Below are positions 37,377 to 48,992 of a stretch of DNA of 64,000 nt, piece after piece. The notes under the pieces were generated by a model that saw only the letters and a list, made by a program, of their open reading frames with translations, did no database searches and had not been told where the DNA came from. The stretch is from assembly GCA_010909165.1 (NCBI GenBank), contig VJWM01000019.1, forward strand, positions 1,240,001 through 1,304,000, in the 5' to 3' direction. Source of the stretch: Anthoceros angustus. Lineage: Eukaryota > Plantae > Anthocerotophyta. Position 1 is the first letter of the stretch, and every line of letters starts with the position of its first letter. The position numbers were made by a program, and so were the translations under genes.

Positions 37377-38505
37377 TCATGCATTAACTTTCGAAAGTCC
37401 AGACTCTCTTTCCTTCCTCCTCTTTAATATCTCATGGGCTGTGTTGAAAACCCCATTTGTAGCCTTATTACATACAAAGCAGAGCTTGTTCCTTGCATGA
37501 TGCTGCAGCAGATAATACACATCAGACCACAGACCAGGATCCACAACAAAACAAACCCCGTAGCCAGAACAGCAAGACCAACCTTCAGAGCACAGTGCTC
37601 GCAGAAATAGTGCTTGCAAAGAGTCACAACCGGCTCCTGAAAAGGCTGCCGACAGATAAAACAGGCAAAAGGAAGGCCATCGTCATCCTCCTCCTCACCC
37701 TCCTCCTCCTCCTCCTCCTCCTCACCCCCCGACCTTGCCAGCTTCGCCTTCCGTTCCTTCTCCTTCACCTCCCACTCCTTCTCTATCTGCCACCCCGACT
37801 TGTAATCACCTCTGTCATGCATGAACTTGCAGGAGTCCCCATACCCGCAGTACCCAGTCTCCTTGTAGTCCTTGCAAATGTCTGGCTGGTAATCAAATCT
37901 AACAGATGACCTAATATGGGCCGAAGCCCTGAGCGGCCCATGCGCACCCCCAGCCTTCTCCCCGGCCACAGTCTGCTCCCTCCGAAACCCGGCCTTGTAG
38001 TCCGTGTAGCCGTGAATTCCCTTATAAGTCTTGCTTTCCGTGGACGCCTTCCCTTTGAGCGCATCCTCCGCCTGCCTCAGCACCTTCTCCCGTATGGCCC
38101 TCGCATCCCTATCGAACGCCGTCTCCGTCTCGCGGGTGGCTGTGGCCTTGCTGTCGTTCTGCGTTTGAACCTCCTTGGACGACTCGAAGTGAAACGTCCC
38201 CTTCTTCCTCTCCTGCTCCCCGTCCTGCACCTCTGCTGCCGTCCTCTCGGGTCTCCTGGCCACCTTAGCCTTGGACACTACGGCAGGCTGGCCTGCCCCA
38301 GCTGCATCCTCCTCCCCGGCCTCGTCCTGAGTCCTCTTCCGCAGGTTCTTGTTGCGCACAGACTTCTTGAAAAAAGTGCAATCTGCCATCGCTCAGCAAA
38401 CAGAGCCGTCAGAAACAACGCTTCTGCACAGAAAAACACACACACAGACATACTTGTCTTAGAAGCCTCCGGTGCACCCGCTGGCTGCTGGGCTTGCTCG
38501 TCCAT
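37377..38505 (-). CDS. RNF113A: CCCH/RING zinc-finger splicing factor, RNF113A/Cwc24 homolog
   Basis: Short first exon MDEQ..., then [61 protein letters not shown] and [28 protein letters not shown]|[11 protein letters not shown]. Confidence 0.93.
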
Positions 38506-38743
38506 GCCCAAATCTGCGAGCTGCCGCCAACGCTTCTACACTCGCATACGTGCAAACGCTTCGACACTAGCATACGTAATAACGGCTCACAACAGTATCA
38601 CACCCAAGAGAAGAGAAGAAGAAGTGTATTATAGTCCACATGACGAAATTTTCCTCTCATGGGGCTTTGTACTTAAAGAACTCGAACCATGGTGTGCCTA
38701 AGCTATTTGCACAAAGGGCATCCACTCCCTCCAGGCACCCCAT

Positions 38744-38928
38744 CTAAGTACCCATCTAAACGCACAAAGGCGGTGTTTTTATAAATGTGTGGTCGTTCAC
38801 TCTTATAAGGCACCCCATTTAAGTTTGGATCGAAGCGCAGCATATTTAACAGTTCTTATAAATGTGTGTCCAATTAGGTAGCTTAGATGGGTACTTAGGC
38901 CAAATGGACACATTTATAAAGCTGTTAA
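38744..38928. repeat. Overlapping inverted repeats (MITE-like relic)
   Basis: A perfect 16-bp IR (CTAAGTACCCATCTAA 38744-38759 / TTAGATGGGTACTTAG 38883-38898) and a second imperfect IR (~38846-38875 / ~38902-38928). Confidence 0.55.
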
Positions 38929-41908
38929 AAAAATGACACATTGAAACCACATTAGACCATCTTTCCAATGCACAAAAGACCAGAACCATGGATAAGTTCC
39001 CCAGTAATTAGCCTTCCATTCTTGAGGGGTTATAAGTTCTTTACAAGATCCTTTCACATTTTCGATTCAATACATTGATATAAAAATATTCAATTAATTT
39101 TTATAATATGAAGGGCAGACTTAGCATATATTAATGTCTACAAAAATTGTGTACAATGTTAAAGAATATGAATAGATTGAACATTATGGATTTAATATTT
39201 ACCCCAATATCATCAAGGGTATGCGGTTAAGTAGCTGCCGCCATAGGCTGCTACCCCGAGCAAGCTTAGCCCCTATTGTAGACCCCACATCTAACAAAAA
39301 TTATTAATATATTATATATTAACTGAATTCTAATCTCTTTGTTTAGTTTTCATATTTATGTTGTAAATAGTAGTGTGAAAGTTGTACATAAGTGGGACAC
39401 CCCATAAATGGGAGTTGAGTCCTCTGTCGGGCGTTTGGCTTGCTGGGCTCGCATGTTCAGATCAAGATAGATGTTTTTAATTTGGTAATTTGAAAATAAA
39501 TCAGAACAAACCCTAGGGAGAAATCTTCAGCAAGGGTTTTGATTCCGGATGTTACACATCGTATTATCGCATCAGAAAGAGACGGTGCTCTTCCCACGTA
39601 TCAAAATAGATGTGTAGCACAAGCGATGTTGTCAAAGCCAAGAAACCCAAGTGAAAGCCTAGCCGGCTACAGCCTACCTACATCCAGGGTTATGTGTGTT
39701 GATGGGAGTGGATGTACAAACACCGGAATGTAGACGGTGGAATGGAAGAGAGCCTTCTAAAGCCTTGAAGCGAACGTTTTGTATCCGGCCGGCTTGGCGT
39801 GCAATTCCCATCTTGAGCACACTCCAGCAAAAATGCTGCCACAAACACCATGAGACCAAAGCACATGCCTACTGCTTGCGGCTGGTAACAGCTGGTAGCG
39901 GATGACTGTCACCGTTTGCAGGAGTAGATATGAAGTTTACATATTTGAAGGATTTGAGGACGGATCTCTCAAGTCAAGATCCGTGTTCCTGCATTGTCAT
40001 GCTTCCCTCCTGGCCGGTATTCCAGTGTCTCCGTGACGGTGGGGCACAATAGCACGTCACTCTGCATTGCGCTTTCCATGACTCAGCAGGACTGTCTCCT
40101 GGATATGACGGAACAGCGGCGACCTGAATTTGGTTCAATGCCTCTACCGCTGCAGGCGCTCATGCAGTATGCGCTACTGCCTCAGCTGTGATGACTGCGC
40201 GCTTGCGGGCGATGTCCGCATGATCTGCAGCGAGGGTATAATGCCATGAGAAACCCTACCTCGATTCGAATTTGTCGCTTCCAGTTCATTATCATGCTAG
40301 TAAGCCAGAGTACCGGATGCTGACGCAGTGCCCGTGCCGTGGCCAGCAGATACAGTCCTCTGTGCATGCCGCTGGTCGTCGCAGGAGCCTTTCAGCAGCT
40401 TGGATGTTTTTGTCGTTAGAGTGAAGCAGTTGCGAGGACACATCAGGCGACTCCACCTACTGTTAGACCAGATTCATCGGAGTGACAAAGGATGATGCTG
40501 ATGTATCTCTCAGGTTGATGCTACCCAATGGGATTCAGGCGGAGTGTCCCGTCCTCCCTTCCGGACGGGAACGTGTCTGGAACGGGGAAGCTTCCGAGGC
40601 GGCCTCGCACCAGCATATCCTTCAGCGGCAGCGGCATATGCTTCGGTGAGGGTGCCGAGCATTTTGACTGGCAGTGCTGGTGAAGGCCGACGTTATTAGC
40701 GGGTTCAACCTGGACTACCAAGTGGCTGGTCAGCTGAAACAGTCATGAATACGCGTTAGTTTCTGCGTATAACAGAAGGCTTAACTTATGCGCTTGCGCT
40801 AAACCACGGCGAGGACGAATGGTTGATCCATAGCCAGACGCATAATAAGGGGATCATATTCCGCTTCCTCTCCCTTTGTTAGACTGATGCCAACACGACG
40901 GAGTCTGGGCAGCGGCGTGCGTACCGGCCTGCTGCTGTGCTGGGAAGTTGTGCGGGCGGTGCCCAGGTACTGAGCAGGTGCGCAATTGAGGGGCCTGCGT
41001 TAGGAGTGCGGGAAGGGGATTCCGGAGCGGCGGATTCAGCCGCACCGAGAGGCAGCGGGGAGCCAGGGTTTCAGGAATTGGAGGCCGTGCATTGCATTGC
41101 ACAGCTGCTTGCAATTTGGTGCAATTGTCCACGGTAGGGCTGCGCAGATCGCGGGGCCGCTGACTAGACTTTCATTTTTGGATCTGATAGCGAGGATGAG
41201 CTGGATGGTAGCGGAACGGGGTGTGGCAGCAGCAGTTTTGCAGTAGAGACGGAGCTGGTGCGGAAGTCGGGTGGTGGATCTGACCTGCCGGCGAAGCCGG
41301 ATTTTTGATAGGTGGCGGGCTTAGCATGCCGTAAGGTGCCCGTCTCAGCGGGGTTGGGTTGAGCTTGAGCCTGGGCGCGGGAGGTTTGGATGACAGGTGC
41401 ACGTTTTGTGGAGCTGGTGGTGGGATGCAGCTCTGAATCAGGTGGCGGATTTGAGGATTTTGGGCAGCAGGGGAGGACATGTATATACGGGCTCGTGCTT
41501 GTTGCAGCGAACTGTGAAAGGCGCGTAGCAGGAATGCGGGGACGTATGCAGCAGGCAGATTCGCTGTGACTGGACCTGCTGCCAGGACCGGTTCTGCATC
41601 TTGAGGAGATGGTTGCTGTTGGGTTTTGGTTTGGAGGATCGGTCGAATCTCCGGGCCGTCGCATTTTTGGGACGGTGAATTCACTAGGCTGAGCCCATTG
41701 TTGCACGGGTTGTGGTCGTGCCCTTACCTTCTGCCACCTTCTATGACCAGACGTTGTACTAGATCAGGGGACGTGTTTGTACAGTCCTGCAAGCCTGCAC
41801 TCAGGTGCTTGCAGCTCGGCTGTGCGAGTGCGCGTTGGGTAGTGGAGAACATTGCGAGATCCCCAGCATAGGGCTTAGACAGGCGGAGCAAGGTTGTAAA
41901 CTATCGGA

Positions 41909-44900
41909 ATGGCACGAGGTGTGGTAGCTGGAGTGATAGCAGACGGGCAGGAGATGTGGCGTGACCTAGTTGAAGAAAAGCCTGTGCTGCCATATCTCCT
42001 TCCGATAGTCCTTTTTGCATGGTTCGTTGAGCGATGGATAGCTCCTCTATCAAATTTGATACCTTTGTTGGTCATTGTTTGGGGTATGCTGGAGGTACGT
42101 GATTTTTTGGTCTAAAACTGGCTATGCAGTTTCACGTGCTGTGTGTGTCTGATCATTTTGTGAAAGTCGTTAATATATTTGCTTTCACCTCTTCATCAGT
42201 ATGGAAAGATTAAGCGGAAGCAGACCATAGAAGAACTCCATCGAAGATGGCAACGTCAGTTCCAGCTAAATCAGGTGCGTGTCGGTTGTAATCTGGGTGC
42301 CATTGTGGCTGTGAGCCATTTTCCTGCATTCCGAGTCACATGAAATGTTCTCGGATTTGTAGATCGTACACATGGGCTTAGTTATGGTTCTTCTGTGACA
42401 GCCGACCACATCACCAGAATCTTGCGAGTGGCTGAACAAGCTCTGGTTGACAGTGTGGCCCAATTTCTTTGAGCCAAAGATTGTGAGGAAACTGTTGAAG
42501 ACTGTGCAGGTAAGGTTTCGAACTGCTTTCCAAACTTAATAATCAGATTGAGGATATTACACAGGATTTTGAGCTGATTGTTCGCTTTCAACTTTGTTTG
42601 AGCAGAAGAGAATAAAGGAGAAGCGACCAAAGCCTATTGTGAGTTGTAGCATACTTCACATTTAGGCCTCCACTCCAGTATGGCAATTCGCTAGTTCTCA
42701 TATGTCTGTAGTACTCATTCCTCCTTTGTTGTCACAGAAAAGCATTGAAGTACAGGATTTTTCACTCGGCACTGCTCCTCCAAGTTTAAGTCACATTCAT
42801 TGGACCACTGAAAATGGTGTGGTAAGTACCGTTATAAGATGGCTCTTTCCTGGTTCTTTCCCTGACCTTGTCTGCTGCCTGGGTAGATTGTTCCTTTGCC
42901 ATATTCCACTCAGATATTGTGCTATTCTTCCCGTTGCGGAGTTAGCTTTAAGCTTCTCACTAGGCGCTAGTGTGTTGAAGTGGGTCAGTGTGTTTCTCAA
43001 TGTGCAGGCTGCCTTAAATATGTCATTTGACTGGGTAACCAATGAGATGAGCATCCTTCTTGCAGCAAAGTTGGCTGGCCCACTTAGAGGGAAGGTGGCA
43101 CGGATTGTGATCAACAGTCTCCGCATAAAGGGCGATGTATGTATTGAGCTCTACCTGGGATTTGATTAGTCTCTTGAGTTTCTAGTCTCACCCAGTGGGC
43201 AGAACTTGAGCATCTTCGTGCTCCTTTTTGGCAATGCGCAGCGTTTGCTCTTCAGCATGAACAAGCTCCCCAGTGAATGTGGGTTATCCTAACACTTGTG
43301 GCTCCTGGTTTGCAGCTGCGAATAGTACCAATTTTGGACGGGACAGCCATGTTATACTCTTTCTGGACCATACCAGAGGTGAAGATTGGCTTAGCGTTTG
43401 GAAGTGGCAACCAGACATCGGTCCCTGCAACAGAACTTCCAGCTGTCTCTTCTTGGCTGGTTAGTGCACCTGTAGCCAACTATTGTTTCTGTTTTAAAGT
43501 TGCGAGTCAACACCTTGTCCAGTGGTCAGGCTGTGAGGTTTGTGGGTTTTGTACAATGCTCTAATGGTTTTTATTGTATGGTCTGAAATTTAGGAGAGGT
43601 TGCTCAGAGATACTTTGATTCGAACACTTGTTGAACCGCGGAGAAGGTGTTTTGCGTTGCCAGCTGTTGATCTTAAAAAGCATGCAGTCGGTGGAATCTG
43701 CTCTGTTAAGGTGCTTTCAGGAAAAGGTCTCAAGTTCAGACCAAACTTCACCAAGTCCAATTCTTCATCCGGGAGTTCACATGGTGGCCAGAGTTCAAAT
43801 ATTAAAGTTACCAATCCGTTTGTTGAGCTACAACTGGAAGATCTTATGAGAAAGTCACAAGTCTCCAGACAAGGAGGTGCATCTCCTGTGTGGGCAGATG
43901 ATGACGCTTTTGATATGGTTCTACATGAAAACACAGGCACTCTTACTATAACAGTATGCGAGGCAGGGGCTGTACATGTTGGATCTCTAGGAAGCTGTCA
44001 GATCAAAGTGAGCACAACTCCCAACCAGTAGGCTTGCATATGCTCTCAGCAGTAAGGTGCAATAGATCTTGGCAGAAAAGACAGGATACCCATAGTCTTT
44101 CTAACCCTCTTTTGCTTGGATGTAGGTGAGATACGTTGATGACGATTCAACAATTTTCTGGGCTGCTGGTGCCGATGGTGGAATAGTAGCAGCTCGTGCG
44201 GAGCACTGTGGGAAAGAAGTCATAATGACCGTTCCACTTGAACCTGCTGACTCAGGAGAGGTAATGATTCATGCTTCTAGATTGCATCCAACTTGGAAGA
44301 GGCATCCAGTACATCTAGTAAGTGCACTGGAAGCTCATTACTGGACAGTGAGAATGACACTTACTGCTCCCAAATGGGGGTTCTTGGCAGGTGATAGTAC
44401 GGTTGGTTTTGAAGGAGTGGCAGTTTGCAGATGGTTCGAAAGCTGTAGCAAATTACACCCCATCAGCTTCTAGTCTGCAGCAGTCGATGATTGGCTGCCT
44501 ATCAAGTGTGCCATCTCTGAGTGGCAGGAAAATTCGAATCACAGCAGTTGAAGGCCGCAATCTTGCTCCCATGGACAAAACAGGGAAAAGTGATCCTTAC
44601 CTCAAGCTTCATTATGGAAAGGTCAGTCTCTATGTGGCTAGCCATGATCATGCTGGAAAGCTTCCTCGTGTAAAGATCTCTTAAGTACATCTGTCTCGTG
44701 ATGGCTCGTTTTGTGGTTCTTGGAAGTTGGCAGGCTTATGGTTGTACTAGTTCTGACTTGGATGAGACAAAATCACTGAGATGTTGGTAGCTTTGTTGGG
44801 TGTGGATCAGATTGTCAGGAAAACTAAAACTGTCAATCAAGACCTCAACCCAGTGTGGAACCAAAGCTTTGTGTTCCACGAGGTAATTGGAGAATATTTA

Positions 44901-46053
44901 AAGCTGAGGTGCTATGATGCGGACTGGTTTGGGGACGAGAACCTTGGAAGTGCACGTGTGAATCTTCAAGGCTTAGAGGATGGTAAACCCAAGGATGTCT
45001 GGGTGCCTTTGGAAAAAATCAAACAAGGAGAAATCAAACTAAAGATCGAGCTGGTGGACCCTGACTTTGAATATGATGATTGTCAGGTAATATGTGTAAC
45101 GTGCTTCTGTTCACATTTTATGTGATGCCGTTCGGTATTGCAGTCCTGACTGGAAATTTTTCTGTCATGTAGAATGGCCGTGTGGAGGAGAACGGGACAC
45201 TTTCAAGTCGAGGTGGGATGGTAGAGATTGTCCTAGTTGAAGGTAGAGACTTGATTGCAGCCGATTGGGGTGGGACCAGTGATCCTTACGTTAGCGTCCG
45301 GTATGGGAACACCAGGAAGAGAACTAAGGTATGGTTTGGCCTTGTACACGAGATGCTCCCTTGGTTGACCAAATTTGATGATGTCCTGGAGTGTGGGCAG
45401 TCCTGATACTCGTCTTTGACAGGTGGTTCACAAAACGTTGGCGCCCCAGTGGAATCAAACCGTGGAGTTCAGCGATGATGGAAGTCCTCTGGTACTCCAT
45501 GTGAAAGACTACAATGCCATAATGCCAACCTCAAGCATTGGGCACTGCGAGGTTGATTACCAGAGACTGGGATTCAACCAGACTATGGACAAATGGATTC
45601 CCTTGCAAGGAGTAAGCAAGGGAGAGATTCATGTACAGATTACACGGCGAATTGCAGAGAAGGAGTTGAAGGCAATTGTTCCTGCACCATCCAGAAACGT
45701 GCAGTCCAATGGAAACATGAAGCTTCAAAGGACTGCAGGAAAAGTAAGTGCACCCTAAACTCCAAACAGGAGATCTTGTGACAAAATGTTCAGTAACGAT
45801 CGGTCGTTAGAGTTCTCCTAGTGGATGGCGCATCTCACACTGGAAGTGGCATATGCAGGTTCGTGCCTTAACACGGAAGGCACTGGCTTTAGCAGAAGAG
45901 GAAGAGGAGCAAGATGAAATCCGGCAGATGCTGGAGGAGTTGGAATCTGTAGAAGAGGAACGGGAGTCCTTGGCTTTGCAGCTACAGAAGGACAGGGACT
46001 TGCTTGTTGCCAAGGTGAAGGAACTTGAACTAGCTATGAATGGGCTAATCTAA
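41909..46053 (+). CDS. Synaptotagmin-like SMP + triple C2 domain protein (NTMC2T3/SYT6 type)
   Basis: N-terminal TM (EEKPVLPYLLPIVLFAWFVERW), SMP (ESCEWLNKL..VWPNF; IEVQDFSLG; PATELPAVSSWL; TLVEPRRRCF), C2 domains (VEGRNL..GKSDPY; EGRDLIAADWGGTSDPYV) and a C-terminal coiled coil. Confidence 0.92.
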
Positions 46054-46558
46054 GAACTGATATTGGTACCCCTGGGAGTGATACCACTCCAACACACTCC
46101 AGGGACGCTGTCAGCCTCTTTATTTCTGGAGCAATGCTTGATCAGCACCCAATGGCTCCAATTGTTGTCCAGCAAGCTCGGAATAACGGACTATGCTTTT
46201 GCAACGTGCAAGAGCTGTCCAAGTTACCCTGTGTACTCTGCGGACGCAGAAGCACCTTGCGATAGTTCCTGCCAACGTCTGACGGAGAGGTGAACCATTC
46301 ATTGGTTCCATTCACTTGTTTGTGAGCCGTCTCCTGTACACTCCGTGAATGTTGAAAATTTTTGACGACTTTCCTTGAGAAGTACTTTTTGAAAATACAT
46401 GTCGATGTTTCCATTCTGGACAGATGTTCCCATTCTGGACAGACGTTCCATACCAAGATAAATATTTGGGCGAGTTCACGGCGAATAAATCGAATGAGGA
46501 GCTAAAGACATCAGAGTAGTCGTCACCTACAGAACAATGGTTGCAAGCCAGAAGAGGG

Positions 46559-47298
46559 TCACAGGAGAACGTGAAAGGCAAATAGAGCAACAGTGGCGGC
46601 TGAGCCCCCTAGGAGAGGAGCTGCACCACTTGGAAGTGGTGCTGAAGCAGGAGCAGGAGCAGGAGCGGGCGCATCAGGACACTGCAATCCATTGTTTCTG
46701 TCTCCAAATTGTTGGCAGGTTGTTTGAAAGAATCCAGCAGGATATTTGCCAGCATACTCGAGGTAGCTGAAATACTGCGATGCGCAGTCGGTGGTCAGGT
46801 CGTTGATGACAACAACGTAGTCAGGGCAGGTGAACTTCAGAAAGGCCGTGCAACAGACTAACGGAGTGCTTGTACTGGGGTCGCACACGCTTGTGATAGG
46901 AGTGTAGTCCACGCCAGCGAAGTTAACAGAGCATGCTGTTCAACAGAGAAGAAATGAGCCTTCAACGCAGAAGCAATCTCAACATTCAGAAACTAACCAA
47001 GGTGAGAGCACCAACGTTTCTTTGTCTGAAGCAATCGTCGCTGAAAAAATCCAGCAGCATCACGCCCTGTCGTCACGAACAGGCCCCGCAATTCAGCCAG
47101 CGGAAAAGGACGCGGATTGAAACAACACACAAATGGTCTCAACAGGTTGCAGATCTGGCCACTCAGAATCTCACCATCCCAGGACGAGGACGAGGACGAG
47201 GACTCTGCATCAGCTCCCACACGCGGGCTCAAGGCGAGAAGCAACAGAGCGGAGAGAAGAACGAGGCGGCCTGAATCAAAATGGAGCGTCAGAGACAT
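46559..47298 (-). CDS. LLG: GPI-anchored LORELEI-like protein
   Basis: Signal peptide, RRLLQTKK, a Cys-rich domain (CSVNF..DYTPITSVC..CCTAF..C..INDLTTDCASQYFSYL..GKYPAGFF..C..GLQC), PA linker and hydrophobic GPI tail. Confidence 0.88.
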
Positions 47299-47690
47299 AA
47301 TGCACAAGCTGGACGGGCGCTACGCCGCCTCACAGCTGCGCAATGCAAAGGGGAAGCAGGATCCGGATTCGAAGGAGCCACCAAGATGCAAGGACGATGC
47401 CATAGCTCCAGCTAAAGCCGCTCCCGCTCAGTTTCTTCCGGAAGACGCGCCGAATGTCCAACGCGGCTGGGTCGAACCGCCAGTCGATCAGCCAGCGCAG
47501 GGGATTCGCGCATAAATAAATGGACCACAACTTCCACAAGGTGTGCATTTTGGAAAATGCATTTCATACCAGGCTGGAGGGGTGAATATGAGAAACTTCG
47601 CGCTCCAAGGGAATGGAGTCCGTGAGCTCCAGTAAGCTCGTCTCCGGAGTTTTTCACCACCCAGGAGCAGCCTGCTGCGGGCAGCGCGCT

Positions 47691-48576
47691 ATGAGGCAGT
47701 GCTTGCTGCGGTCGGCGAGAACCTTGTGCGGGGCGCAGGCGGCGGCGGGGACCCCGGGTGGCCGCGCGGCATTTGCAGCTGCAGGAGGAGGAGGAGGAGG
47801 GAGGGAGGGAGGTTTAGGCTTGTTGCAGCGGCGGCGCCCGGATGTCTCGTTTCTGCGGACGGTGGCGGGTGGGACAGGGTAGGGATCGGCGGGCGCCGGG
47901 GCTGGCGCGGCCCTGCTGCGAGCTGCAGCAGGCGAGGGGCTGTCGTGGAAGAAGCCAGGCGGAGAAGCCGGTGGGGAAGAAGGTCGGGGCGCCGCGGGGG
48001 CCGCTCTGGAGGACCAGGAAGTCCGTGAGCAAGGAGGTGGTGCAGGCGGTGCAGGAGCTGAAGCGGGCGCATGTGCGGAAGGTGGAGGCGGAGCTGGCGC
48101 AGGTGTACAAAACGCGCGTCTCGCGGCTGCTCAAGATCGACCTCATCGGGGTGCTGCACGAGCTGCAGCGGCAGAACGAAATTGAGCTCACCGTGAGGAC
48201 GTTCCAGCACATGCGGAACGAGGCGTGGTACAAGCCCGACGCGTTTTTGTATCGGGACTTGCTGGACTGTCTGGCGCGGAACAAGGCGGTGGCCAGGCTG
48301 GAGGAGGTGTGGGGCATTTTGGAGTCCGAAACCACGCCGGAGCTCGTGAATTGGACCGAGCTGGTCGGCGGGTATCTTAGAAATGGCATGTTCGACAAGG
48401 CTGTGGAGGCGTTTGAGAAGATGAGGGCGTCCGGCATTGAGCCCGACCACTTCACCTACTCCATTTTGATCAAGGCTTTGTGGAAGGCGGAGCAGTTTGA
48501 GGTTGCCTCCAAGTACAGGGATGAGAGGATGAAGGCTTTTCCGGAAATGGATGCCAGTCTCAGAATTCCCGCTTGA
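47691..48576 (+). CDS. Short P-type PPR protein, THA8-like
   Basis: PRGPLWR..SKEVVQAVQELKR..VSRLLKIDLIGVLHELQRQNE..WYKPDAFLYRDL. The ATG at 47691 (organellar presequence-like) is out of frame with the core ORF 47842-48576, suggesting frameshift(s). Confidence 0.8.
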
Positions 48577-48992
48577 ATATCAAAGCTTGAGCGACACCGG
48601 CAACCCTGTTCCATGCCTGGCCAGGTTGAGCAATGTTAGAAAATTTCCAGCAACGTTGTGTCTGTGGACACTTTCTAGCCTTGCTCAGCTCATCTTTTGG
48701 TCAAGCTCTCGCCTGATAGACTTGTGTGTGCACTACTCCTGAAAGCAATTGGAAGCAGCAAATTTTGATTCAGCTACGAAGATCCAAGATGTCAGTTTCA
48801 ACTCTAATCCCAAAATCCGCCTGGTGTTTTCACACAAAATGAAGCCTAAAAGCCGAGCTTGATAGGCCGGTTACCTACATAAATACATTTCACTGCGAAC
48901 CCCTTTGACTAGAAACTGGGCTTCGCAGAGAACATCTAAAGCAGAAACAGAACATGGGGCTGACCATTACGCCAGCCGACAACGTGGTGTTG

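Noticed and set aside
40188-40323. Possible C/D snoRNA (GTGATGA...CTGA)
   Set aside because: No convincing terminal stem or recognisable rRNA guide sequence.
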